This document shows positions 14,298 to 28,519 of a stretch of DNA of 64,000 bases, piece by piece; position 1 is the first letter of the stretch; every line of letters starts with the position of its first letter. The position numbers and the translations under genes were made by a program. The DNA is from Octopus sinensis (Eukaryota), in contig NC_042999.1 of assembly GCF_006345805.1 (NCBI RefSeq), positions 94,674,001 through 94,738,000 on the forward strand, in the 5' to 3' direction. The notes beneath the pieces are model-generated. The model had not been told where the DNA came from. It worked only from the letters and a program-made list of their open reading frames with translations, and ran no database searches.

Positions 14298-15057
14298 ACA
14301 CATTTTCAGCCTTTTAAGTTTCAATATGTTAATGTTTGACCAGTTCACGTCGTAGCATGACATTTAATTTCAGATAATTCATTTTCCCTAAACTATTAAA
14401 GTAGATTAGGTTAAAAAAAGAAATACAACAAAAGGAAAACCCTGTTATTTTAACAAGAGATTGACTCATTTACTGTGGCAGGGTTAATTCCCTCGCGAAG
14501 GAAAGGAACAGCTAAGTGTTGTAAATCAAAGCAACAACAGATTGCTCTATATTAAGCTTTCCTAAGAAGAAAATATATTTCTCGCCGGTTGAGACTACGA
14601 AAGTCGACATGGGAAAATGTAGGCACATTTGTTCTATGACAAAGGGACCAGTGGTTAAGAATTCTCCCAGACTGACATACCATTAAGATAAAGAGTTTCG
14701 TTGCCTGGAGAAAAGGAAGCTGTTGTGGACAGGAGTTTTGCATGGCAATTGTCCTGCCTCACATTCAGCAGAACAAGACTCATAGAAATGATATTAAAAA
14801 AGGAGTAACACAATTGTTTTCTAGGAAATTTGCATAAATAAAATGCAAACGAGCAAAGGGAAATAGTCTAGAGTGGCTAGTGGTCTGTATTTAAACAATA
14901 TTAAATACTAAATCAGAAGTCATTTGTTGAAATTTTTAAAGTATCTGCAATCTAGAAAAGGAAGAATAGTCACTTAATCGCAATGAAAGCGTAAACCAAA
15001 CGAGTATCAGGAATTCTCCCAATCTGGCACTGCTAGAAACAGCGTAAAGCAAACGCT

Positions 15058-15093
15058 GTACTGATGACACCTATTGAGGCAGAAACACGTATG
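15058..15093 (+). ncRNA. Degenerate minimal hammerhead motif
   Basis: CTGATGA cacct attg aggca GAAAC ACGT; stem II and cleavage site mutated. Confidence 0.45.
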
Positions 15094-15483
15094 CTTAGTT
15101 AAACTCTTGATACCAAACGTTTTGACTGTATTTTTCTTAAAGATATATCAATTTTGGAGAAATCATTATTATTAAAATTATCTCCCATTCTAACACTCTC
15201 TTTCGCCCACAATGCCAATGTAAAACTGTTCTGCTCTCTCTCTCTGGAAGCAGAGATAATATCAATAAATCGACAATTCATGCCTTTAATATACACATTC
15301 GACACAAACAAATATGTGTATATTTACGGGCAAGGGTTCGCGGTGATATTATATGTATATGTACAATTTAATATTTTCCTCACCGACTTACTGTACAATG
15401 AGACAACTAATCAATGAATGTAAAATATCACATTCCATGGCGTACATATATGTTCATACATACATACATGCATATATACAAAA

Positions 15484-15800
15484 TATGTTAGCTCATGTGA
15501 ACTCAATAAAGCCATCCATGCAGTTCACAATGGAAAAGGAAAAAGACAATCAGCTGGCATTCCTGGGCGTGTTATTAATATAACACGCACCAAGTATGGA
15601 TTCAGGACATTTCATATACCGCAAGCCGACCTTTACTGGACGATATCAGATCTTCAATTTCCACCATCCATACAGTGTAAAGAATATAGGTAGCGATTGT
15701 GATACACACCACGAAGAAATGATCAAGCTCAATTACGATCTGTTAAGCAACAACTACCCCCAAAATACACTATCCACTACAATTATGAAGAGACGTAAAC
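15484..15800 (+). mobile_element. Penelope/Poseidon-type RT thumb fragment
   Basis: HVNSIKPSMQFTMEKEKDNQLAFLGVLL..IYRKPTFTGRY..FNFHHPYSVK..LLSNNYP. Confidence 0.85.
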
Positions 15801-16040
15801 TAAAAGAAGGCCGTCGTATATAGGTATATGTTTGTGTGTCTGTGTTTGTCCCCCCCAACATCGCTTGACAACTGATGCAGGTATGTCTACGTCCCCGTAA
15901 CCTAGCGGTTCGGCAAGAGTCACCGATAGAATACGTACTAGGCTTACAAAGAAAAGTCCTGTGGTCGATTTGCTCGACTAAAGGCAGTGCTCCAGCATGG
16001 CCGCAGTCAAATAACTGAAACAAATAAAAGAATAAGAGAA
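15800..16040 (+). mobile_element. 3' half of tRNA-derived SINE family S1
   Basis: Aligns by eye to 27300-27630. Confidence 0.85.
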
Positions 16041-16043
16041 TAT

Positions 16044-16078
<35 letters not shown>

Positions 16079-16347
16079 GAACTTTTAACAAGACTTTCAT
16101 GACAACATCCACACTCAATGACACACAGCTGGTCACATTCCAAGGATATTGAAAGAGCATTCACGCAAACACACACACACACTGAGACACACACACACAC
16201 ACACACAAACACAGCTGGAAATAAAGCCCATTCAATAAATGCTTTTAAGCCACTCCTTCGGCTTGAACTCATTGAAAAATTTTAGACAATAGACAACTAC
16301 ACGCCCTCTCTCTCTAAAACCTTGAAGTCTATAACAAACTATATTAG

Positions 16348-17047
16348 AGGCATTTAGTAACAGTGTCGTAAGCGCCACCCGACCCTTTTCGAGGTTAGTA
16401 TATCATTTTCTTTGTCTCAACGTCTAGAATCCGAAAAAGTTGGTAGAAACGGTGAGGCTTGCAATAAGGTCGAAAATCCGGCTGAAGAGAATTGTACTTT
16501 AACGCTATTGATACGACGCTCGCTCACCCAAACTCGGACTAGAATGTTTGGTAACACACGATCGTAAGAACACACGCTAAATCAATAACCTTGGTGTGGT
16601 CTCTGCATCGTTTTCGAAGTGTTATGGCTTATTTTCTAATATTCCTCGTTTCCATGGTAACGATAATGGGCTATTATATTACTCTCCTGTCTTACCTCTG
16701 AAGGATTCCTACTTCGGTATATTAAAACGCAGACAATAACACTTGTGGGTTGTGTGTATGATCTTTCTAGGTATTATGGCTAAAATATGCAATGCGATAC
16801 CCCGCTTTGTGGTGCCGATATAATCTACAAAATGAGAAACACGCAGTTCTTGTTTCATCTTTCAGATACATACATAAATAAATAATTTTACATAGATGGA
16901 ATGATTAGAGAAAGTCTTCATGTTCAGTTTAAGACCAAAACCAGCTTCCTAATCGAGATATCGCATTCTGAAAGTCACGAATATTTCACTGCGTTTTTCT
17001 CGATTTTCAAGTTGTGGCGCTTACGGCGGTCTGTTACTAAACACACC
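16348..17047. mobile_element. ~700 bp MITE with imperfect ~28 bp terminal inverted repeats
   Basis: tttagtaacagtgtcgtaagcgccac (16353-16378) versus gtggcgcttacggcggtctgttactaaa (17014-17041). Confidence 0.7.
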
Positions 17048-17351
17048 ATTTAAAGTAGACTAAAAGAAAAATTCCAGATATATTCTGACCACCAACCAGA
17101 AGATAGACACAAACTGATTTTACTTCAAATTTTTATCAATATTTGACGAGATGAAATACATCATCGAACCTGGTAATATTTTCTATTTTCTATATATAAT
17201 TTTTAAATCATTTAAAATTTTTTAAAATTGAAATCTTACATTTTTGTGCTTTCCACCACCACACTTTATATATAAGAAATTGATTTGTATGGATCTCTAA
17301 TCTTTTTTCAACTATATATAATATATATTATATATATATATATACATATAC

Positions 17352-17451
17352 NNNNNNNNNNNNNNNNNNNNNNNNNNNNNNNNNNNNNNNNNNNNNNNNN
17401 NNNNNNNNNNNNNNNNNNNNNNNNNNNNNNNNNNNNNNNNNNNNNNNNNNN
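17352..17451. other. Assembly gap (100 N)
   Basis: Run of N. Confidence 1.
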
Positions 17452-17715
17452 TGATATTTCATTCTATTTTGTTTAATGGCATTATCCTGTTTTTTTTTTC
17501 AAACTATATTCTATGTTACCTGAGATACAACACATATGTGTTGTGTATGACTGTATGTGTATACACATAAATACTTACATGTGTGTATGTGTGGGTGCGT
17601 GTGTATATATATATATATAATATATATATATAGTATATATATATATATATATATAATATATATCTATCCATACATACATAACATGCATATATATATATAT
17701 ATCTTGGCATCGAGC

Positions 17716-18058
17716 CAGCCGTTCTTTGAAGGGAGGGAGACGTCGATTACATCGAGCTCAGTAATTGACTGGTACTTATTTTTTCGAGGATGAAAGGCAA
17801 AGTCGACCTCAATGGAATTTGAATTCAGAACCTAAAGACAGGCGAAATACTTATTTCTTTACTACCCACTAGGGGCTAAACACAGAGGGGACGAACAAGG
17901 ACAGATAAACGGATTAAGTCGATTATATCGACCCCAGTGCGTAACTGGTACTTATTTAATCGATCCCGAAAGGATGAAAGGCAAAGTCGACCTCGGCGGA
18001 ATCTGAACTCAGAACGAAACAGCAGATGAAATACCGCTAAGCATTTTGCCTGGCGTGT
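17716..18058 (-). mobile_element. SINE S2 dimer (two bodies in tandem)
   Basis: Core ggatgaaaggcaaagtcgacctc occurs twice; junction gaaatac|ttatttctttact at 17850/17851. Confidence 0.85.
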
Positions 18059-18549
18059 TATATACATATGTCAGTATGAGTGCATCATATATGTGTCAGG
18101 CGTGATAGAATGAGAGATAGGGTATGTATACAACATTTTGTAAGCATATATGTACGAGAGTCTGTACTTTTAAGAAGACGTTCGTCTCCGTTTGAAGTAT
18201 AAATTCTGATATATTGTAGATAATTATAAGTAAGACACGCAATCGTAGGATGTATCATGCAAGAAGTCATCATATATCAGTGAGTTGTAACATGTTGCTA
18301 TAATAGCATCAAGCTTCTTACAATAATGATGATGATGGTGAGGTTAATATTTAACGGTCATAATGATAATGATGATGATGATGGAGGTAGTGGTGTTGGT
18401 ACGAGTGAAATGGTGATGGTGGCAGTTGTGGTATTGTTGATAATAAATCAGTAAATGTAACCATAGTCATAAGAAGCCAGTCGTTATGGATTTCTCTCTG
18501 CGTGTCTCTGTGTCTCTTCCTCTCTTTATATGCATACATGATGGTGGTT

Positions 18550-18795
18550 TCCCGTTTTGCCAGAGAGATGCTTCTGCCATGTCTTGTTGAAAAATCTGCA
18601 CAAATGATTTATTTATGGTGACCAAATGTTTATGCTCTACATTAAGTCATTTCTCCCATCAAATCGCCGTTGCCAGAAAAGGTGCACGGTGTACCACACG
18701 TCAGGTGTCAATGTGATTGCAGAGAACTAAAGATGAAGTGTTTACTCAAAAATGCTACGCACCGCCCGGTCCAGGAATTGAAATCCCGTGACCTC
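18550..18795 (-). mobile_element. Old SINE fragment
   Basis: gatgaagtgtttactcaaaaatgctacgcaccgcccggtccaggaattgaaatc, a reverse B-box-like and core-like region similar to 55285-55330. Confidence 0.5.
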
Positions 18796-18813
18796 CCCCC
18801 CCACACACACACC

Positions 18814-18887
<74 letters not shown>

Positions 18888-19020
18888 TAATTACAGATAT
18901 AGGGTAAAGAATTATTAATTTAATAATTAACAAATTTTTACCAAGTAGTTTCGGTATGGAAAAGAACCGTATTCGGTAAAAACTTGTGGAAAAAGTTTTT
19001 TTTTATATATAATTATAAAT

Positions 19021-19294
19021 ATAATTAAGGGTTTAGCAACAAGTTGCTTCACCACATACCAAAAATTTAGAAATAGCAGCCAAAGTACCGTTAATTCTTC
19101 TCACTACAAATATGACTCCACAGACAACAATATTTGTAACTCGCATAGGTAAAAAGAAGAAAAAATAACGAAATCAGTCTTCGATTGTTGTCTGTGGAGT
19201 CATATTTGTATTGAGAAGAATTAACGGTCCTTTGGCTGCTATTTCTGAATTTTCGGTATGTGGTGAAGCAACTTGTTGCTAAACCTTGAATTAT
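19021..19294. repeat. Fold-back inverted repeat, ~111 bp arms, in (TA)n context
   Basis: 19021-19131 is the near-perfect reverse complement of 19184-19294. Confidence 0.92.
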
Positions 19295-21169
19295 ATATAT
19301 ATATATATGCGACAAAGTGGCACATAACAATGGGCAAGCAAGTCGAATCTATCGTGATACCAACAATATAATTTCTCTTGCGGGAATTAGAATTGCGTGT
19401 TCAAGCCTAAATCTCAGAATGTGTGGTCGAATGTGGGGTGTGTGGGAATGTGATTTTTCGAGACATTCCAATTTTTCCGTTAGTGTCTGCATTCTGTCCT
19501 CAGTAATCTTACGGAGCCAATTCTGAAGAAACAAAAACATAACAAATAATAAACGCAACAAATAAGACAGAGGTACATATTGCACCATAGTATATTCACA
19601 AAGAAGTTGTACATTGTATTATTTTACTAAATAACAGAGTAACCTGGATAAGTGAGGAGTTTGGCATGTTTTGCAATGACCACCCCGCTCCCACATTCAC
19701 AAACACTACATTAAAAATCAATGTACCCACAAATATACTCTCTACACGATATATCTGAATATATGCAACAGTGATTTAGCGCTCTGCTCTATCAAAAATA
19801 ATGTGGCCTATAAGACAACAAAACACGATTCATTAATCATTAAGTATATATTTTATATTTAGCTGTATTGATGTCTTTCGCTGGAAAAAATAAACTAGCA
19901 TTTTCAGTTTACTGCCGCACTGTGTATCTTATTCTATTATCTTTCTTTCTGCATACTTGCTTCATTCTCGCTTTTCATTTGTTATCCATTTTGTTTTTTC
20001 ATAAGTTTTCCTTCCAAAAGCATTTTTTTCTCCCGATTCCCTAATACTCTAATACACACTCGCTCTCTCACACTCTCACTGAAGACGTAACATTAAATTT
20101 CTATTTTTGCACTTCTGGATGCGTTTCTTTCTCCGTTTCCTTCTGTTTATTAAAGTGAAGGATGGAATTTCTCTTCATACAAAAATGTCGTTAGAGACTA
20201 CTTTCTTAATCTCAGAGATTTGAGAATTATACAATATGCGTTCACCCATTGATCATAAAAATAAACAAAGATACATACAAACACACACACACAAATATAT
20301 CTCTCTTTCTTTCTGTATATATATATATATATGTATATGTGTGTGCCTGTGTGTGTGTGTATGTATGTATATATATATATATATATATATATCAGTTGAA
20401 TAAAGTTACATGGCCTGGTTTCCATGGTTTTTATTATTGTATTCTAAAAATGTGCGATAAACATCAAAAAAATATCTAGGAACGTTTATAAAGTTCAATT
20501 AGGGCTTTCATACGTTCGTAGTAATCATCAGGTTTCAAAATGTATTGACTCACAGTTGAGTGCTTGACAAATGCAGTAAAATGACTGATTTCTTTCTTTT
20601 AGAAGCCTCCGACAAGCTGAATCTTTCGAATACGGTTTTGACCAATCAGCATGCAGCTTAAACGTCACGGTTTGTCGTGCGCATCGATATTAATGGCATA
20701 GAACCCGCCTTTATTTTAACCAATTCGCTTGCGGTTTACACGTAACGGTTTTATTAGTAAGCAAACTTAGTTGATTTCGATCGTTTTTATTTCATGAACG
20801 TTATTAAATATTTTTCTTAATGTTGAACACACTTGAATATTGTAAAAAATATTTTTTTAATGCAATAATAAAAAAGGTGAAAACCATGATCATGGTGTAA
20901 GGTTATACAACTGATATATTATTCTACACACATTTACACAATTTCGGAAAAATTACACACACATAAATGTGTATATATGGGTATATATATACATATGTAT
21001 AGATATATATATATGTATATACATATATATACATATGTATAGATATATATGTATATACATATATGTACTTGTGCTATATAGGGGTTATAAACATAACGTA
21101 GCTGTCCTTTTCGGGACAGCTACATTATGTTGGCAAATAGCCTTTACTTACTTTATTGATATATATATC

Positions 21170-21370
21170 AAATGTGACCTCGTGTGTACCGTTAGCGATT
21201 TTTCTTCCTCTGTCTTCCCTTCTCTGGATCTTTCCTTCTATGTTTCCGACGAAGAGCTCCGCTCGAAACGTTAAACCCTCCTTCTTTCCTGAGCGTCCAA
21301 TAATACTATATTTGTTCCACGTCCTCGCGTTGTTGTGTTTTTTTGTGCTTTCTTGTTTGGATTAACTATA
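21170..21370 (+). mobile_element. Short TA-flanked element carrying a minimal hammerhead motif (21242-21276)
   Basis: gttt CCGACGA a GAGC tcc GCTC GAAACGTT aaac; related in layout to 63445-63615 (-) and 58878-58950 (-). Confidence 0.65.
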
Positions 21371-21389
21371 TATATATGTGTGTGTATGC

Positions 21390-22230
21390 GTCATGGAATG
21401 ATATGTCACAAACTCTGTGACCTCGGCACAGTCGGGAAATTAAGACAATGATTGCATCACTTTCCAAAAGATATGTCAGGTGGTAGTAGCCAATTGGTCC
21501 GCCTCCAATGACATGCAAATTTTAAGCAGTGTTCAGGAAGGCATTGTTTTGGGACCACTACTCTTGATAATGGTCTTCTCAGATATACCCTCAGCCACAG
21601 AAAGAGTCATGATCACAAGTTATGCCGATGATGCATAATCCTCACAGTTGATACAGAACCCTGAAAACGCTATGCACCTGCAATGTGAGTTGGATGAAAT
21701 ATACAAGTGGGCTGCAAATAATAGCATGCAGTTTAATGCTGAAATGTTTCAAGCCTTGTGCTATCAGTATACAAATCTAAATGCAATTGCAGTAAAATAT
21801 ATGGGACCTGAAGGGACTGCAATCCCAGAAACTCAATCAGTGCGAGACCTGGTCATTTACATGAGTAATGATGCATCCATCCATGTGCGTGTTGCTAAGT
21901 TGACAATGAAATGCAGGTGGCTGACCCGGAGAACACTTGTCCTAAGCCACTTTGACTATTGCTCCCAGCTATGGACACCAACAAGTGTAAAATTAATTGC
22001 CGAACTTGAGGTAATCCAACTTGGCATCGAGAATTACACTGATGCTAGAAGAGGGCGCCACTGCATAGTGCGAAGTTCTCCAAATTTGCCATCAAGGTAT
22101 AGGACAAAATACCGCTACAGCCTGGGTTTTAGGGGACCACAGCTCTTCAATATCCTCATGAAGGAGCAGAGAGACCTACATGGAGTGGATGTAGGTGATT
22201 TCAAAACGAAACTGGACCTCTTACTGTCAA
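21390..22230 (+). mobile_element. Older, internally deleted fragment of the 30-36 kb LINE family (RT C-terminal half)
   Basis: SYADD, LQCELDEIYKWA, LSHFDYCSQLW, SLGFRGPQLFNIL; collinear with 34880-35925. Confidence 0.9.
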
Positions 22231-22700
22231 TTGGTGCAGAGCCAATTGCCATTTTTTTCTCTTCTTTTGATTTTGGACAAATCTCTTTCCATCTGAGAAG
22301 AGGAAGAGCATGTAGTGCTCGTTGGATTCATTGGAATTGTTCAGCAAGCATTTCGACGGGATCAAACTTTCATCCTGGGTCTTCTTGGACATCAACTGCA
22401 ATCTTTCTACAACACAGGATTTGTAGCTCATAACTTCGTGTATGTTCACTCCCAGAGGTGGAGAGGATCGGCAATGGCCACTCATGTTGACGACCCCAGG
22501 TCTGGCTGGATAATATCTAACAATCGGGAATGTTTTCTTTTTGATTTCCGCCTGGGTGAATATAAGATTAAAGCTGTGTACATTGACATTGAACATGTCC
22601 CTGTACACTCAATGATGAACATGCATTTGCTGCAGTCTCTTAAGAGACATTCTTCTTTTAAACAATCCATGTAAAAGTACACCACGCTGGTGTGCCTTTA
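22231..22700 (-). mobile_element. Decayed coding-like segment, possibly the N-terminal region of an R4/Dong-type LINE
   Basis: GC-richer than flanks; LHLWE*TYTKL*ATNPVL and LAEQFQ*IQRALHALPLLRWKEICPKSK weakly resemble R4-clade N-termini. Confidence 0.25.
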
Positions 22701-23219
22701 TATAACTAACTATAGCTGATAAAACTTTGAACATGCCAGAAAGTTAATTATCTATTGTCTACATACGTGAAAGGCAGTTCTTAGTTGGCTAGGAACTCCG
22801 TAATTTACCGATTTCTAAGACATATCACAGAAAAGCATTTCTAAGCAATCAATGGAGTGGGCATAATTCACAGAGGGCATTGTATTCCATACTATTGAAC
22901 ACCTTTAATACAGCGTAGTCAATGTTAAAATGTTATAATTCTAAGTCGTTTCTATTTATCAAATATATGTTGCCAAACGCCTTGGTTGCTATAACCGATT
23001 TGTTTGCGAAGAGCAATAAAAGTCATTTGGATTTGGACAAAATTTTATCTGTGTTGTTCTTTCGGGTGATAAAAAGATAGTGCAAAATCATCACTTTACT
23101 GCCTGCAATCTCATATGCGTAGGGCTTGGCTTTCAAACATATGAGCATAACATATATACATCTGTGTACGTAATTGTGTAAATACGTTTGTGTATGTATC
23201 TACGTATATATATCAGTAA

Positions 23220-23263
<44 letters not shown>

Positions 23264-23269
23264 ACAGAT

Positions 23270-24750
23270 GTGTTTCGATCAAAAATTGGTCCAGGCCATG
23301 TCTAACTTAATAGCACCACCTGACTGGATTATCTAAATCCTGTTTAAGTTAAGTTTTGGTTATGGCCCATTCAAGTAGTGAGTTCTTATTGAGTGTGAGT
23401 GAGTTGTATCCAGGTATGGGTGGCTTATCCGATATTCCTTGAAGAAATTTCTCCATACTTCGTTTAAAGGTGATGGGATCCATTCCTCTTTGATCTCTTT
23501 CGGGATAATGTTAAACAGGACAGGGTCTGTTGAGGAAAAGAAATTGTGCCGCAGTGTACTTATGTTGTGATCCTGAATTGGGCAGGGGTCGTATAGCCTG
23601 TGGTCCCAGCCTTGAACTAATGTTCAGGCCTTTTGGGCAATGCTGCCAGTTTATGCTCCACATCGTCAAATAATGTACTGCTCGCGGCGGCGCTGGAGAG
23701 TATAGTTTCAAAGCTTTAAGGCGGTCCCAAAAATCGAGGTTAGTCATGCCTTCAATTCGCTTAGTGAGTGCCCTCTGGGGTCATTCAATCTTCGAGATGT
23801 TTTGCTGTGTATGGGGAGACCACAAGGGGCAGTAGTATTCTAGGTGTGGCCGTACAAAGGAGAAAAGTGGTATGATGACACCTTGTTCTCAGGACTGGAA
23901 AGTTCTTAAAATCCAGGAACTCATCCTGCGAGCTGTATCGACCTTATTGTTGATGTGGGCACTCCAACTGAGATTGTTATCTACAATTACCTCCAGGTGT
24001 CTGATATTATTAGATGCCGTGAGCAGTTCCCCTGAATGAAGAGAGTATGGCTGTTTTAGTATAGACTTTCTTCCAAAATGCATCAGCTCAAATTTTCCTT
24101 CGTTCAGTTGCAGTTTGTTTTTGTCTGCCCATTGACATAATATAGATCAGGGTAGAGTTGAGTTCGGTCTGCTTCTTCATTGATGATTTGCTGGAGCTTA
24201 GTGTCATCAGCAAATATTTTCACTTAGCAGTGATTTACGACGCTGGAAAGGTCATTTATGTAAATTATAAAGAGAAGCGGGCCCAAGGCAGCCCCCTGAG
24301 GGACACCACTGGTGACTTTTGCTGGGCTTGAGTGGACTTCATCGACTACAACATGTGTTCTATTCGACAGGAAATACTTAATCTAGTGTAGAGGTTTTCC
24401 ACGGATTCCAACATTTGCCAATTTTGAGAGTAGGATATTACGGTTAACCCTGTCGAACGCTTTACTGAAGTCAAGATATACGACATCAGAGTTCGAACCT
24501 GTTCCCAAGGCTTTAAGTATATCTTCAATGTGGTGTAAGAGCTGTGTTAGACAGTCCCTGCAATAGCGAAAACCATGCTCATTTGCATTTAGGAGTTTGT
24601 GGGTCTCCAGGAAGTCAGCTATCCTTGATCTTAGCACTCTTTCAAACACTTTAATGATGTGGGAGGTGAGTGAGATTGGGCGATAGTTGACTGCGAGAGA
24701 TCTGTTTCCCTGTTTGAAAACCGGAATGACAGACTGGGATAGGAGCTGTT
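23270..24750 (-). mobile_element. 5'-truncated CR1/L2-group LINE, second family
   Basis: NYRPISLTSHIIKVFER, HGFR..CLTQLLHH, DVVYLDFSKAFDRV, SGVPQG, IFADDTK, WILRTF, LKLYS; (TA)n at both ends. Confidence 0.92.
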
Positions 24751-24772
24751 TCGGTATATAAACTGAGATATA

Positions 24773-24843
<71 letters not shown>

Positions 24844-25334
24844 TGCCTTTGATCACTTTGTGTGTGTGAAAGAGAGCGAGAGAAAGATGGGGAAGGAATA
24901 TGCGTGTATGTATAAGGGTGATTCTTTGTCAAATATATTAACTTTATATTGATCATATGAAAGGAGTGCATTCATCTACATTTCATGCATATTATTCGTC
25001 AACAGCTTTGCTTAGTTTAGGTTCAAGTCTTTCGCCTTTGATGTAAAACAACGCCGACACGATGTTTAGTGAACTGTGGCATAATTTTGAACAGAAATGC
25101 CTTTACTTTTTCACTGATTCATGAAGATTGAATAGATACTTGTACAATGTCTCACTACATCATTAGTTAATAAAGCTTGTAAGATAGGTGTATTTCTAGA
25201 GGTATATGGGCTTAGATATGCAAACATTCGCAGAGAGCACACAGATATCTATGGATAAACACACACGTACAAACATACATACATAATACGTACAGTTTTA
25301 TTTATATATATATATATTATATATATATATATAT

Positions 25335-25505
25335 ATTATAATATGCATGTATGTATACAAATATATATATATGCATGTATGTATACATATATATATATAT
25401 GCATGTATGTATACATATATATATATATATGCATGTATGTATACATATATATATATATGCATGTATGTATACATATTATATATATGCATGTATGTATACA
25501 TATAT
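25335..25505. repeat. Minisatellite (atatatatatgcatgtatgtatac) x6
   Basis: Six copies of gcatgtatgtatac spaced by variable TA. Confidence 0.9.
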
Positions 25506-25556
25506 ATAGATATACATGTACACACACACTAATGCATAAACACAACACACACATGC

Positions 25557-25593
<37 letters not shown>

Positions 25594-25931
25594 ACAGAGA
25601 GAGGGAGAGATATATACATAGATAACTGATTAGATAGATCAGCATATATACATATAAATATATTTTATACGTATGTGGTTGGGTGTAAAATGAAATATTT
25701 CTGTTTGTGTGTTCGTATGTGCGTATTAGAGGGTGTAGTGGGTGTGTAGGCGCACGTGTGTTAGTAAAATGCGAGAAGAAATATATGTCAAAACTTTCGA
25801 AACATTATCATTCATTCCATAATAAATGTATCTCTCTGCATATGTACGTGCAAGAATATCAATAAACATAATATAGATTGATACATAAATTCCAGTATTT
25901 AAATAAATTTATAATTAGGACACCATATCTA

Positions 25932-25966
<35 letters not shown>

Positions 25967-26019
25967 ATATATATATAATATATATATATTATATATTATA
26001 ATATAATATTATAAATAAA

Positions 26020-26123
26020 ATGTTACATTACTCAATAGTCAAGATAAAACTTTGAGTTTCAGATGCCGCCACTTCGGCATCTGAAACTCAGAGTTTTATC
26101 TTGACTATTGAGTAATGTAACAT
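26020..26123. repeat. Hairpin with 49 bp arms and a 6 nt loop
   Basis: 26020-26068 versus 26075-26123, one G-T mismatch. Confidence 0.95.
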
Positions 26124-27154
26124 ACTATTTTATAGATAAATTTCCTCTATTTACATAATATTGAGGTCTCTTTCTTTCTATTGTTATCTTACCTTTTTTA
26201 CCAATATATATATATATATATAATGTGTGTGTGTATACATACATATGAGCAAGGGCATACAGACATATGCAACATGCATTATATACCATATACAAACACG
26301 CACGCACATACGCATACACACATACATACATACATACATAAATACATACATAAACAGATGCATACATAAATTTATACGATTCCGATCTATTGGAAGCTTG
26401 GTTATTCCATTTCATTAAGTGGCTGTATATCAAAGGTGATCTACGGCTTTACCATGGCAACGGATGACAGATTTAAGCCACGCCTCATGTATCAGGCTAA
26501 ATACCATGTCACACCCACTTCTTTCATGTTATAGGAAATATGTAATGTTCAATGATTTAAACACCAAAACACTGAGATTTTTAAGCAATATATTCCTATC
26601 GATCTTCAAAACTTTATGATGAAATAACGCATGGTTTTATGTGAATGCGTGTGTGTGTGTGTGTGTGTGGAGGAGGTTTAGTGCTTGAGTGTGTGTTTGT
26701 GAGTGTGTGTAAGCGTGTGTGTACTGTTTCCTAATTTTATGCATTGACGCTCCTGGGATTATCGAGTTTATACGCCAAGAATGTCAGAAAAAGCCTTATA
26801 AAGATATAGTATTATCATTATAGTTTATTCGTTTTCGGATAATTCCATGCTGTTTTCCATAACGAATAATTTCCCAGTTTACGAAATTGATAATAGATTA
26901 TATTTACTAATATACACTTGAATTAATTGCAGTTATTCTTCCACTTAATAGACAGAACCTCCCGTCAAGAATATTTAAACCGAAAATAGTAAACAAGAAA
27001 GATAACTCAAATGATATTGCCTGAACCAAGTTTTTGAAAACTTCAGATAATACAGTTCTAGATGGATTTTCTAAGTCATCTGATGAAAGCAATGGGCACG
27101 TTTTGATCTTGTTAGAACTCATCAAAGACCCATATTGATTGATGTTATTCTTAT

Positions 27155-27333
27155 AGGCGCAGGAGTGGCTGTGTGGTAAGTAGCTTGCTTACCAACCACA
27201 TGGTTCCGGGTTCAGTCCCACTGCGTGGCATCTTGGGCAAGTGTCTTCTGCTATAGCCCCGGGCCGACCAATGCCTTGTGAGTGGATTTGGTAGACAGAA
27301 ACTGAAAGAAGCCAGTCGTATATATGACTATAT

Positions 27334-27410
<77 letters not shown>

Positions 27411-27630
27411 GGGGGGTTGTGTGTCTGTGTTCGTCCCCCTAGCATTGCTTGACAACCGATGCTGGTGTGTGTTACGTCCTCGTCACTTAGCGTTCGGCAA
27501 AAGAGAACGATAGAATAAGTACTGGGCTTACAAGGAATAAGTCCCGGGGTCGATTTGCTCGACTAAAGGCGGTGCTCCTGCATGGCCGCAGTCAAATGAC
27601 TGAAACAAGAGAGAGAGTAAAAGAGAGTAT
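27155..27630 (+). mobile_element. Full-length tRNA-derived SINE S1 with an internal (TA)n tract
   Basis: A box tggctgtgtgg, B box ggttcagtccc, core cttgggcaagtg, LINE-like 3' tail; an older minus-strand copy lies at ~61985-62210. Confidence 0.9.
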
Positions 27631-28255
27631 AAATGATACGTAAAAATACTCCCGCTGTTTATGCATATCAACAACAGGACAGAAATGAAAATGCCTCGGA
27701 GAGCGCTCTGCATGAGTTCTGTATGTGGAAAGACCCAAACGAATGCACAGAAACACATACATCAGACAGCGACTTGCATAAGCGCTTACACCACATTCCT
27801 CCATCCTGCGGCAGATGCATTTATGCAAAGGTATCAGTAGCATCCCATCGTGCAATATTTTACAACGTTGATCTTTTCTCGCTGCTGTTTGTGATCTCTT
27901 GTGAATATCACTCTAGCCAGTGTTCATAAATTACTGTAACACAGTAAACGTAGTGATTAGTAAATGGTTCCCTAATTACGCGTAAGTCCATGAATTTAAT
28001 TCGGAATGTGGTATCAGTGCGTAGTTTTAACATATTTCTTAAGTTATATCAATTTACTTCAACATATAATTGAATTTGATGAAGACAACTAATTTCATAC
28101 GTTATTTCCCACCCTACAAGGATCATTTACTAGATAACACTATTTGCAATAATGGCTTAAACTATAAAAATGTATCTCTAGTTTTACAATCGCATTGTAA
28201 ATTATATTATCAAATTTTCCGTCTTATAGGCACTGTCATGTAATTACTGATATAT

Positions 28256-28426
28256 ATGAGGGGTGCCGAAAACTTCCTGGCTTTGGGGAAAAGAAAGTAC
28301 AGGAGGTGTTAATAATGATTTCATTTAACATATTCCCCTCTCAGATTCGCACACTTTTGCAGCTGTCCTTCAGTTTTCCTAAGTAGTGTACAGGAATGCG
28401 GAAGGTTGGGCCTCCAACCAGGCCTT
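28256..28426 (+). mobile_element. Mariner-type MITE, truncated
   Basis: TIR-like tatgagggggtgccgaaaacttcctggcttt; same family as 37386-37468. Confidence 0.65.
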
Positions 28427-28460
28427 ATATATACATATATACATACAGTATATATATATA

Positions 28461-28493
<33 letters not shown>

Positions 28494-28519
28494 ATACATA
28501 TATATATACATATATATAT

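Noticed and set aside
13967-14363. Cys/Tyr-rich, poly-Ser and poly-Leu ORFs
   Set aside because: Translations of a (CTA)/(CTG) tract with no splice or homology support
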